This document shows, piece after piece, positions 1-10,981 of a stretch of 25,473 bases of DNA (the stretch's first letter is position 1; each line of letters opens with the position of its first letter). Origin of the DNA: Acidimicrobiales bacterium (lineage in GTDB: Bacteria > Actinomycetota > Acidimicrobiia > Acidimicrobiales > GCA-2861595). The stretch covers positions 1 through 25,473 of the forward strand of contig JBOGHR010000401.1 of the NCBI GenBank assembly GCA_050744905.1. The letters run 5' to 3'. Under the pieces are notes generated by a model, which ran no database searches, had not been told where the DNA came from, and saw only the letters and a list, made by a program, of their open reading frames with translations. Made by a program: the position numbers and the translations under genes.

Positions 1-630
1 GGCTTCGTCCCCGGGCTGTTCGCGGCGGCGCCGCTGGCCGTGGTCGGCGCCCTCCGGGGCTGGTCGGCGACGGCCGGCCGTCTGGCCGCCGGCATCGCGC
101 TGGTCGCGCTGGTGGTCGTCAACGCCACCCAGTTCCTGGGCGGCGCCGCCCCGCAGTGGGGCAGCCGGTACGTCCTCCTGTCCGGGCTGCTGCTCACGGC
201 CCTCGGCGTCGCCTCGCTCGGCGACTTGCGGGCATGGGCGGCGCGGGCATTCGTCGCCACGGCCGTGGCCGTCACCGCCTTCGGCCTGGTCTGGATGTCG
301 GTGCGCACGCACGCCTTCGGCAGCGCCCTCCAGTGGCTGAACGACCGTCCAGAGCCGGTCCTCGTGTCGCGCATCATCCACCTGGCCCGCGAGGGCGGGT
401 CGTTCTACGGCGAGCGCCGCTGGCTCACCGCCGAGACCGACGCAGACCAGGCCTTCGCCGTGGGGGTGCTGGGACGGGCCGGCGTGGACCGCTTCGGCCT
501 GGTCACCAGGGGCGTCGCCCCACCGGAGCCGGAGCCGGTACCGGGCTGGCGGATCGTGGGCCACGACTCGATGCCCCTCGTCAGCGGCGTCGACGTCTAC
601 GTCACGACCTACGAGGCCGTGCGGCCCTGA
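1..630 (+). CDS. Integral membrane protein, 3' part (5'-truncated by window edge); possibly glycosylation-related
   Basis: Frame open from base 1 (GFVPGLFAAAPLAVVG...) to TGA 628-630; several hydrophobic helices then a soluble tail; strong GC3 bias. No diagnostic motif. Confidence 0.7.
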   Translation, partial: GFVPGLFAAAPLAVVGALRGWSATAGRLAAGIALVALVVVNATQFLGGAAPQWGSRYVLLSGLLLTALGVASLGDLRAWAARAFVATAVAVTAFGLVWMSVRTHAFGSALQWLNDRPEPVLVSRIIHLAREGGSFYGERRWLTAETDADQAFAVGVLGRAGVDRFGLVTRGVAPPEPEPVPGWRIVGHDSMPLVSGVDVYVTTYEAVRP

Positions 631-722
631 GGGCCGTGGCGGACCCGCCGCCAGCGCGACCGCTCTCGTGGTGTGGAAGGGTCGGCGCCTGACGGTGCCG
701 CGGACGGGCCGCTCGCCGGCGG

Positions 723-1001
723 CTACGGCCAGTCGATGGCCTCAATCCGCGGTCGGGGACGCGGTGGTCCTCGGGCGTGCCCAGGTTGAACGGTCCGCTG
801 CCGAACAGGCCGACCCGCCTGGCGTGGTCGTGGAGGATCGCCGCCAACTCGTCGTCGACGTAGGCATGGGCCTTGCTGGGTGCAGGACCCATGTGGTACT
901 CGCCCTTCCAGACCTCGTCGAGGTGGTCCTGGCCGAGCACGCGGCGGCGCTCGATGAGCGCCTCGACCTCCTGGGGGCAGGGGACCGAGGATCACGGTCA
1001 T
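723..1001 (-). pseudogene. Uma2/DUF820-family endonuclease remnant (frameshift plus internal deletion)
   Basis: ATG 1001 gives MTVILGPLP; a shift in the G5 run (973-977) continues QEVEALIERRRVLGQDHLDEVWKGEYHMGPAP...GPFNLGTPEDHRVPDRG (Uma2-like), then jumps to IEAIDWP-TAG (746-723). The VEVxSP catalytic segment is absent. Confidence 0.7.
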
Positions 1002-1007
1002 GGTCCG

Positions 1008-1013
1008 AGAGTA
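1008..1013 (-). promoter_or_regulatory. Putative -10 element (TACTCT), leaderless promoter of the Uma2 remnant
   Basis: TANNNT hexamer 6 nt before ATG 1001; no SD. Confidence 0.45.
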
Positions 1014-1085
1014 GAACGGGCGTTCCGGCCGCCGGCGGGGGGCCTCGACTTGGACGGGGACGCCGGGCACGGCAGGATTCACGGC

Positions 1086-2609
1086 ATGGAGGCACGGCCC
1101 CCGGCGGGCGACCACGGTGGCTCGCTCTCGCTGGTCGTCCCCCTGTACGACGAGGAGGAGCGCTTCGCCGAGCACGCCAAGGAGATCGCCGGGTTCGTCG
1201 ACGGCCTCGCCCCCGGCAGCGAGCTGATCTTCGTCGACGACGGCAGCGCCGACCGCACGGCCGAGCTGGTCGAGGACTTCGTCGCCCGGTGGCCGGGGCG
1301 CACGGCCAGGCTCGTGCGCCGGCCGCACCAGGGCAAGGGCGCCGCCGTCCGGGCCGGCCTGGCCCTGGCCACCGCCGACTACGCCGGCTTTTGCGACGTC
1401 GACCTCTCCACCCCCCTCGACCAGCTCCAGGAGATCCTCCTCACCGCCCGCATGGGCCCGGTCCTCGCCATCGGGTCCCGGGATGCGGTGGCCTCCAGGC
1501 TGCTGCGGCCCCAGGGCCGGTTCCGGGAGTTCCTGGGCAAGTCCTACAACCGGCTGGTCCAGCTCGTGGTGGCGCCGGGGATCACCGACACCCAGTGCGG
1601 CGCCAAGGTGGCGGCCACCGAGGTGTGGCGGGCCATCCTGCCGTTCTGCTCCCAGGACGGCTTCGCCTGGGACGTGGAGGCCATCGCCGTCGCCCGCCGG
1701 CTGGGGATCTCGGTGCGGGAGGTGGCCATCGAGTGGAGCCACGACGACCGCACCAAGGTGCGGCTGGGGCGGGACGGCGCCGCCATGGTCGCCGCCATCC
1801 CCAGGATCGTGGGCAGCGCCAAGCGGGTGCCAGCGCATCTTCGCTACGAAGGGAAGGCCAGCGGGGTGTTCGACGACCAGCAAGCGTCCACGCTCATCGA
1901 GTCCGACACCGAGCACTGGTGGTTCCGGAGCAAGGCGGCGTTCGTGTCGGCGGCCCTCCGCCGGCACCTGCCCGTGGGCGGTCGGGACGTGCTCCTGGTG
2001 GACGTGGGCGCGGGCGCCGGCGGCGTGACCGCCATCCTGGGCTTCCACCCCGACCGGGTGGTGGCGGTCGAGGGCTCCGAGGCGCTGGTGCGGGTGGCCC
2101 ACGACCGCCACGCCCTGCGGGCCGTGGCCGGGGCCATCGGCGACCTGCCGGTGCGGCCGGCGAGCGTGGACGTGGTCAGCATGCTCGACGTGGTGGAGCA
2201 CCTCGAGGACCCCGAGGCGGCTCTGCGCGACGCCTGGCGGGTGCTGAAGCCGGGCGGCTGCCTGGTCGTCACCGTCCCCGCCCACCAGTGGCTGTGGAGC
2301 GGGGCGGACGAGATGCTGGGCCACGTGCGGCGCTACACCCGCCCGCTGCTGCGGGGCCAGCTGGAGCGGTCGGGGTTCCGGCCCGTGGAGATGACCCACG
2401 TGTTCAGCTGGCTGGTGGCGCCCGTGTGGCTGCGCCGGCGCACGGCCCGCAGCGCCACCGAGCAGCTCGGCCTGCAGGACCGGTCGCCGCTGATCGAGCG
2501 GGCCGCCCTGTTCCTCACCCGGGCCGAGCGGGCGGTGGTGCGCCGGGTCTCGCTGCCGGTGGGGACGTCGATCCTGTGCCTGGCGGTCAAGGCGGGCGGC
2601 GACGGCTGA
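1086..2609 (+). CDS. Bifunctional GT2 (polyprenol/dolichyl-phosphate glycosyltransferase-like) + class I SAM-dependent methyltransferase
   Basis: N-half: LSLVVPLYDEE, FVDDGSADRT, HQGKGAAVRAG, DVDLSTP, DTQCGAK, FAWDVE. C-half: HWWF, LVDVGAGAG, DVVEHL, LKPGG, GHVRRY. Start at ATG 1086; the upstream extension overlaps the Uma2 remnant. Confidence 0.88.
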   Translation: MEARPPAGDHGGSLSLVVPLYDEEERFAEHAKEIAGFVDGLAPGSELIFVDDGSADRTAELVEDFVARWPGRTARLVRRPHQGKGAAVRAGLALATADYAGFCDVDLSTPLDQLQEILLTARMGPVLAIGSRDAVASRLLRPQGRFREFLGKSYNRLVQLVVAPGITDTQCGAKVAATEVWRAILPFCSQDGFAWDVEAIAVARRLGISVREVAIEWSHDDRTKVRLGRDGAAMVAAIPRIVGSAKRVPAHLRYEGKASGVFDDQQASTLIESDTEHWWFRSKAAFVSAALRRHLPVGGRDVLLVDVGAGAGGVTAILGFHPDRVVAVEGSEALVRVAHDRHALRAVAGAIGDLPVRPASVDVVSMLDVVEHLEDPEAALRDAWRVLKPGGCLVVTVPAHQWLWSGADEMLGHVRRYTRPLLRGQLERSGFRPVEMTHVFSWLVAPVWLRRRTARSATEQLGLQDRSPLIERAALFLTRAERAVVRRVSLPVGTSILCLAVKAGGDG

Positions 2610-2616
2610 GGCGGTG

Positions 2617-2649
2617 GGGCGCAGGCGACGGCTCCTGGCCTGCACGCCC
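2617..2649. terminator. GC-rich hairpin between convergent genes
   Basis: GCAGGC 2621-2626 / GCCTGC 2638-2643, extended by GGGC 2617-2620 / GCCC 2646-2649; no U-tract. Confidence 0.3.
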
Positions 2650-2666
2650 GTTCGGGAGGGACGTGG

Positions 2667-3052
2667 TCAGACGCGGGTGACGCGCAGCCCTTCGATCTCC
2701 GGGAAGTCGTGGTCCTGCGTCACCACGGGCACCTCGAGCGACATCGCCGTGGCTGCGATCCACGAGTGGTTGATCGGCATGCGCTGACCGGTCTCCCGTA
2801 GTTGCACCCGCAGCCGTGCCACTGTGCTGCGACGGCTTCGTCGACGGGAACGGGGTCCAGCCCGAGGGCCGCCGTGAGGGTCCCGAGCCGCCGATGCCGC
2901 GCCTCGACCGTTTCCGCCACGAGCACGCCCGCTCGAAGCTCCCCGATCGTGATGACCGACACCGCCACCTCGTCGGGGAAGGCGTCGGCATCCACGGTCC
3001 TCCCGCTTTCCCGGGCGATGAACACCGACGTGTCCGCCAGCCCTCGACTCAC
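2667..3052 (-). pseudogene. vapC: VapC-family PIN-domain toxin, frameshifted
   Basis: GTG 3052: [17 protein letters not shown]...[13 protein letters not shown]...[11 protein letters not shown]; 1-nt loss at ~2819-2820; then [25 protein letters not shown]...VVTQDHDF...TRV-TGA. Resembles M. tuberculosis VapC5-type proteins. Confidence 0.85.
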
Positions 3053-3095
3053 GACAAGGCTGCCCGAGGCCGGAGGCGTAGCCGGCCGCCACCGG

Positions 3096-3101
3096 TATCG
3101 T
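3096..3101 (+). promoter_or_regulatory. Putative -10 element (TATCGT) for near-leaderless uvrA transcript
   Basis: TANNNT 8 nt before ATG 3110; no SD-like sequence in between. Confidence 0.4.
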
Positions 3102-3109
3102 GGTGCCCG

Positions 3110-5947
<2,838 letters not shown>

Positions 5948-5953
5948 CCGCTT

Positions 5954-6937
5954 GTGTCGGTGGGATCCCCGGTGAGCCCTCCGTCACGGCGGCGCTCGCG
6001 AGCAGACACCGTCCTGCGGCACTGGCGTACGAAGGCACTGCTCCAGAAGGCCATGTCGGCCGTGCCCGGCGGCGACCGGCTGAACTACGTCCTCCAGCGG
6101 CATGTCACCCACGGCGTGCCCCTCTCCGACGAGCGGCTCCGGCGGGCCGTCGCCGGCGCCCGTGCCCACCTCGACGCCTTCGACCGCTACGCCGTCCCGC
6201 GCACGCCCACGGGGGAGGCGACGTTCTTCGAGTTCGGCGCCGGGTGGGACCTCCACATGCCGCTTTCCCTGCACGCGCTCGGCGTCGGGACGCAGGTCGT
6301 CGTCGACCGCTCGCCGCACGCCCGGGGCGACCTCGTCGACGACGTGGTGGCCCGACTGGTGCGCGAGCCGACGCTCGGCGAGGAGGCGCAGGCGAGGCTC
6401 CTCTCGGCGGCGAGCTCGGCAGCCGTGCGAGGCGGCGTGCGTGAGAAGGCCCTGTCGTTCGGGATCAGCTACGCCGCACCGGCGGACGCCCGTGCCACCG
6501 GCCTGGCGCCGGGTTCGGTGGACTGCGTGACGTCGACGTCGACCTTCGAGCACATCCCGCGGAAGGACATCGCTCTCATCCTCGAGGAGTGCCGGCGCAT
6601 CCTCCGTGCCGGCGGCGTGGCCAGCTTCGCCATCGACTACAGCGACCACTACTCGCACTTCGACCGGTCGATCAGCCCGTACAACTTCCTCCGGTACTCG
6701 GAGCGGCGGTGGGCGCTGTACAACTCGTCGATCCAGTACCAGAACCGGATGCGCCACTCGGAGTACCTGGCCCTGTTCCGGTCCGCCGGCTTCGAGATCG
6801 TCGAGGACTCCGCGCAGGTCGACGACGGTCGGCTGGAGGAGCTCCGCTCGGTCCCCGTGGCGGCCGAGTTCGCCGGCTTCGAGCGGGGAGACCTGGCGAC
6901 GACCGGCGGGCACGTGGTGCTGCGTCAGCCGGCATGA
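5954..6937 (+). CDS. Class I SAM-dependent methyltransferase (start uncertain, GTG 5954 or 5972)
   Basis: FFEFGAGW motif I, DARATGL, SVDCVTSTSTFEHIP, RILRAGG, IDYSDHY; in a glycan-locus context. Confidence 0.85.
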   Translation: MSVGSPVSPPSRRRSRADTVLRHWRTKALLQKAMSAVPGGDRLNYVLQRHVTHGVPLSDERLRRAVAGARAHLDAFDRYAVPRTPTGEATFFEFGAGWDLHMPLSLHALGVGTQVVVDRSPHARGDLVDDVVARLVREPTLGEEAQARLLSAASSAAVRGGVREKALSFGISYAAPADARATGLAPGSVDCVTSTSTFEHIPRKDIALILEECRRILRAGGVASFAIDYSDHYSHFDRSISPYNFLRYSERRWALYNSSIQYQNRMRHSEYLALFRSAGFEIVEDSAQVDDGRLEELRSVPVAAEFAGFERGDLATTGGHVVLRQPA

Positions 6938-6940
6938 CAC

Positions 6941-6969
6941 CGGGCCGGCAGGTGGCACCCTGCCGCCCG
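6941..6969 (+). terminator. GC-rich hairpin downstream of the methyltransferase
   Basis: CGGCAGG 6946-6952 / CCTGCCG 6959-6965, extended by CGGG/CCCG; no U-tract. Confidence 0.35.
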
Positions 6970-7006
6970 AGCGCCGCCGCCGAGGCCGGCTGGTAGAGAT
7001 GTAGCC

Positions 7007-8332
7007 ATGCGGCGCGGCGCCCGGCTCCTGCTCTACATCGGAACGGCGGCCATCGTCCTGGGCCTCGGGAAGTATCACGCCGCCTACGTGGCCGACCCGC
7101 CATACGACTACACCGGCTCCTTCCGCTTCGCCTGGTCGTTCGCGTACATCGCCTTCCTCTGCGGCGCCGCCTACGGGCTGGGCCTGCCCGACCTGGCCCG
7201 CAACCTCCGGGCCGCCCTCGGCATGTCGGCCGCGGCCGGCGCCTCGGCGGCGGTGTGCATCTCGCTGGCCCAGCTCGCCCTGGGGTCTGCCCTGCTGCCC
7301 CGGTTCGTGGTCTTCGGCGCCGCCGGCCTGGTGCTGCCGTGGTACGTCGTGTGCGCCGCACTCTCCTCCGGCGGGCGGCTCCGCCAGGAGGGGCGCGACC
7401 GGGTCGTCCTCGTCGCCGGCGCGGAGGACGCGGCGGCACTGCGGGCGGACCTGGAGCGCAACCCGGAGCGCCCGGCCCGGCTCGTCTCCGTGCTGGCGAC
7501 GACGGAGGCGAGAACCACGCCTGACGGGCGCCGGCCGCTCGTCGACGCCGCCTCGCCCGCCAATGCCACGGTGCTCGTCCTCTCCCGGGACGCCCAGTCC
7601 GACGAGTCGATCGTCCACCAGGCGGCCGAGCTCCACGAACGAGGGGTGCGCGTGCGGACGCTCTCCCTGTTCTACGAGGAGTGGCTCGGGAAGCTGCCGC
7701 TCTCGGAGCTGGAGCGCATGGCCCTCATGTTCGACATCGGCGAGCTTCACCGGGCCCGCTACGGGCGCATGAAGCGGACGATCGACATCGCCGTGGCGGT
7801 ACCCGGGCTGCTCATGCTGGTTGGGGCCACCCCGCTCGTCGTCGCCGGCAACCTGCTGGGCAACCACGGTCCGGTCTTCTTCCGGCAACGGCGGGTGGGG
7901 CGGTTCGGGAGCCCGTTCACCATCTACAAGTTCCGGACCATGCGCCCAGGTAGTGACTCGGCAACGTGGACGAACCCTCAGGACCCTAGGGTGACCCAAT
8001 TCGGTCGAGCCCTCCGCCGTCTACACGTCGACGAGATACCCCAGGTGATCAACCTGCTGATAGGCGATCTCTCTGTTGTTGGGCCCCGGCCGGAGCAGGT
8101 CCACTATGTAGAGGAGCTCACGGAGAAGATCCCCTTCTATGGGTTGAGGCACCTGGTCCGCCCCGGCCTCACCGGATGGGCACAGGTGAAGTATGCATAC
8201 GGTGCTAGCGATTTCGATGCGATGGAGAAGCTCCAGTACGAGTTCTACTACCTGCGCCACCAAGACCTGGCGCTCGACGCGCGGATCGTCGGCCGCACCA
8301 TGCGCAGCGTGATCGGCCTCGGCGGCCGATGA
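7007..8332 (+). CDS. Priming polyprenyl glycosylphosphotransferase (WcaJ/WbaP/CpsE-like sugar transferase), copy 1, intact
   Basis: N-terminal TM helices; [49 protein letters not shown]. Confidence 0.93.
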   Translation: MRRGARLLLYIGTAAIVLGLGKYHAAYVADPPYDYTGSFRFAWSFAYIAFLCGAAYGLGLPDLARNLRAALGMSAAAGASAAVCISLAQLALGSALLPRFVVFGAAGLVLPWYVVCAALSSGGRLRQEGRDRVVLVAGAEDAAALRADLERNPERPARLVSVLATTEARTTPDGRRPLVDAASPANATVLVLSRDAQSDESIVHQAAELHERGVRVRTLSLFYEEWLGKLPLSELERMALMFDIGELHRARYGRMKRTIDIAVAVPGLLMLVGATPLVVAGNLLGNHGPVFFRQRRVGRFGSPFTIYKFRTMRPGSDSATWTNPQDPRVTQFGRALRRLHVDEIPQVINLLIGDLSVVGPRPEQVHYVEELTEKIPFYGLRHLVRPGLTGWAQVKYAYGASDFDAMEKLQYEFYYLRHQDLALDARIVGRTMRSVIGLGGR

Positions 8333-8521
8333 CGGTCGCAGAGAGACGGTCAGCGTTCTCATCCCGGCGAGAAACGAGGCTCGCCACATCGAGGCCTGCA
8401 TTGCCGCCCTCGGGGCCCAGGACCTGCCCCTCGGCCGGATCGAGGTGGTGGTCGTGGGCGGCTGCTCGGAGGACGGCACCGCCGAGGTGGCTGCACGGGC
8501 GCTGGCGGGCCACGGGTTCGC
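8329..8521 (+). pseudogene. 5' fragment of a GT2 glycosyltransferase, truncated at the uvrA repeat
   Basis: ATG overlaps the upstream stop (ATGA); frameshift in GAGAGA 8341-8346; then [45 protein letters not shown], paralogous to the N-terminus of 9971-10981. Confidence 0.85.
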
Positions 8522-8642
8522 CCTGGGCCCCGAGGGCGGCGACGGCGGCGGGCGGGTGGTGGTGGAGGGCACGCCGGAGACGGTCGCCAAGACGCCGGAG
8601 AGCCACACCGGCCGGTTCCTGGCGCCCCTGCTGGGGATCTAG
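8522..8642 (+). repeat. Direct repeat copy 2: duplicated uvrA 3' end
   Basis: Encodes [42 protein letters not shown], identical to the UvrA C-terminus. Confidence 0.97.
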
Positions 8643-8654
8643 GTAGGAGGCCTA

Positions 8655-9974
8655 GTGCGCCGGGCCGCACGACTGCTCCTCTACCTCGGCACGGCGGCGT
8701 TCGTCCTCACCCTGGGGCGCTACCACGCCGTCGATGTCGCCGACCCGCCCTACGACTACCTCGACTCGTTCCGCTTCGCCTGGTCGCTCGGGTACATCTC
8801 GATCCTGTGCATCGCCGCCTACGGGTTCGGGCTGCCCGACCTGGCCCGCGGCTGGCGACCGGCCGTCGGAATGGCGGTGACGTCGAGCGTCGCCGGCGCC
8901 CTGGCCATCTCGGTGGCCCAACTGGCCCTCGGCTCCGCGCTCCTGCCCCGCTTCGTCGTGTTCGGCACGGCGCTCCTGGTGGTCCCGTGGTACGTGCTGT
9001 GCGCCGCCCTGTCGTCCGGGGGGCGGCTGCGCCAGGAGGAGCGGGACCGCGTGGTCCTCGTGGCTGGCGCCGAGGACACCGACGCGCTGCGGGCCGACTT
9101 GGAGCGGCGCCCCGAGCGCCCGGCACGGCTCGTCGCGGTCGTGGCGCCCGACGAGGCGCGAGCCACCGGGGACGGCCCCCGGCGCCTGATTGAGGCGGGC
9201 CGACCGGCCCGGGCGACGGTGCTGGTCCTCTCCCGGGACGCGCAGGCCGACGAGTCGACGGTGCACCAGGCGGCCGAGCTGCACGGGGTCGGCGTGAGGG
9301 TCCGCACCCTCTCCCTGTCTACCACGACTGGCTCGGCAAGATGCCCCTCTCCGAGCTGGAGCGCATGGCCCTCATGTTCGACATCGGCGAGCTGCACCGG
9401 GCGAGGTACGGGCGGATGAAGCGGGCCCTCGACATCGCTGTTGCCATCCCGGCCCTCGCCGTGCTGACCACGCTGCTGCTCGTCGCCGTGGGCAACCTCT
9501 TCGCCAACCGGGGGCCACTGTTCTTCCGGCAGGTGCGCGTGGGGCGGAACCGGGCGCCGTTCACCGTGTACAAGCTGCGGACGATGCGTACGGGGCACGG
9601 GTCGACGGAGTGGACCACCGAGAACGAGCCCCGGGTGACAGCGTTCGGGCGGTTTGCGGCGCTCCCACCTCGACGAGCTCGGGCAGGGCCTCAACCTGCT
9701 GAAGGGCGATCTGTCCATCGTCGGGCCGAGGCCCGAGCAGGTCCACTACGTCGAGGATCTCACGGAGAAGATCCCCTTCTATCGTCTCCGCCACCTCGTA
9801 CGCCCGGGTGTGACCGGCTGGGCGCAGGTCAAGTACGACTACGGGGAGGGCCACATGGACGCCATGGAGAAGCTGCAGTACAAGTTCTACTACCTCCGCC
9901 ACCAGGGGATCGCGCTGGATGCCCGGATCATCGGTCGCACGCTCCGGAGCGTGCTGGGGAGACGCGGCAGGTGA
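8655..9974 (+). pseudogene. Priming sugar transferase copy 2, two frameshifts
   Basis: AGGAGG SD, GTG 8655. Colinear with 7007-8332; -1 at ~9318 (CTG TC TAC vs CTG TTC TAC) and a second shift at ~9653; pieces fall in ORFs 8655-9419, 9341-, 9654-9974. Confidence 0.85.
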
Positions 9975-10981
9975 GGGATCGGCAATGGCCGCTCGTTACC
10001 ATTGTCATCCCGGCCCGGAACGAGGCGGCAAGTATTGCAGACTGCATCCGTCACGTCGCTCTGCAGGATTTTCCGCTGGATCACATGCAGATCATCGTTG
10101 TAGATGGATCTTCCACGGACGCTACGGTTGAACGCGCCGAAGAGGCGCTAGCCAGTTTCGCGTTTGGGACGGTCGCCGTGCTCTGCAATCCTGCGGGCAC
10201 AACACCATCTGGCCTCAACGTGGGTTTGGCGGCGGCAACTGGCGAGTACCTCTGTCGCGTCGATGCTCGTAGTTTTGTGCCTCCATCCTACGTCCGGGAC
10301 TGCGTCGAGCTGCTTCTGGCCTCGCCTGGAATCGCCGTGGTCGGTGGAGCGCAGGTTGCGACCGCCTGTCCGCACGCGTCAGCTAGGGAACGTGGCATCG
10401 CGCGGGCGTTGCGTAATCCCTACGCTACGGGGCTGGCCCGGTATCGGCGTCGGAGGTCGTCCGGGGCTACCGACACCGTCTACCTCGGGACCTTCCGCAC
10501 CGAGCAGCTCCGCCTCGTCGGCGGATGGGACGAACGTCTTCATACCAACCAGGACTACGAGCTGAACCGTCGTATGCAGCGGCTTGGGACAGTCTGGTTC
10601 GTCGCTGGCCTGGACGTGGCGTACCGACCGCGCTCGACTCTGGCGGCGCTCGTCGCGCAGTACTATCGGTTCGGGCGGTGGAAGGCTCTGGGCTGGCGGG
10701 AGATCGGCTTGCCACTGAGCGGGCGTCACCTCGTGCTGCTCTCCGCTCCCCCTGCGGCGGCCGTGCTGCTGGTGCTAGGGGCGCGATTCAAGCCGGCAGT
10801 CACCTGCGCCGGGGCAGTCGCCGCCGTCGCCCTCCTGGACGGTGCTGGCGGTGAATCCGCCCCAGCGCAGGAGCGGGCGTGGTCGCTAGTGTCGACATTC
10901 GCCATCGCTCTCGCGTGGTGGGCCGGTGCGGTTGAGCAGCTTGCCCGTCCGCCGAAGCGACGGACGCGGAGTCCGTCCTGA
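9971..10981 (+). CDS. GT2 family glycosyltransferase (ExoA-like)
   Basis: GTGA overlap start; VTIVIPARNEA, VVDGSSTDAT, RVDAR, DTVYLG, GGWDE, NQDYELN, QYYRFGRWK, C-terminal TM segments. Confidence 0.9.
   Translation: MRDRQWPLVTIVIPARNEAASIADCIRHVALQDFPLDHMQIIVVDGSSTDATVERAEEALASFAFGTVAVLCNPAGTTPSGLNVGLAAATGEYLCRVDARSFVPPSYVRDCVELLLASPGIAVVGGAQVATACPHASARERGIARALRNPYATGLARYRRRRSSGATDTVYLGTFRTEQLRLVGGWDERLHTNQDYELNRRMQRLGTVWFVAGLDVAYRPRSTLAALVAQYYRFGRWKALGWREIGLPLSGRHLVLLSAPPAAAVLLVLGARFKPAVTCAGAVAAVALLDGAGGESAPAQERAWSLVSTFAIALAWWAGAVEQLARPPKRRTRSPS

Noticed and set aside
3053..3109. LexA (SOS) or PafBC-type box upstream of uvrA
   Set aside because: No GAAC-N4-GTTC, and no TGTCGG at the required spacing before the -10.
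9341..10981. 546-aa ORF appearing as a sugar transferase-GT2 fusion
   Set aside because: Created by the ~9653 frameshift; the middle is out-of-frame sequence and the GT2 has its own GTGA start at 9971.
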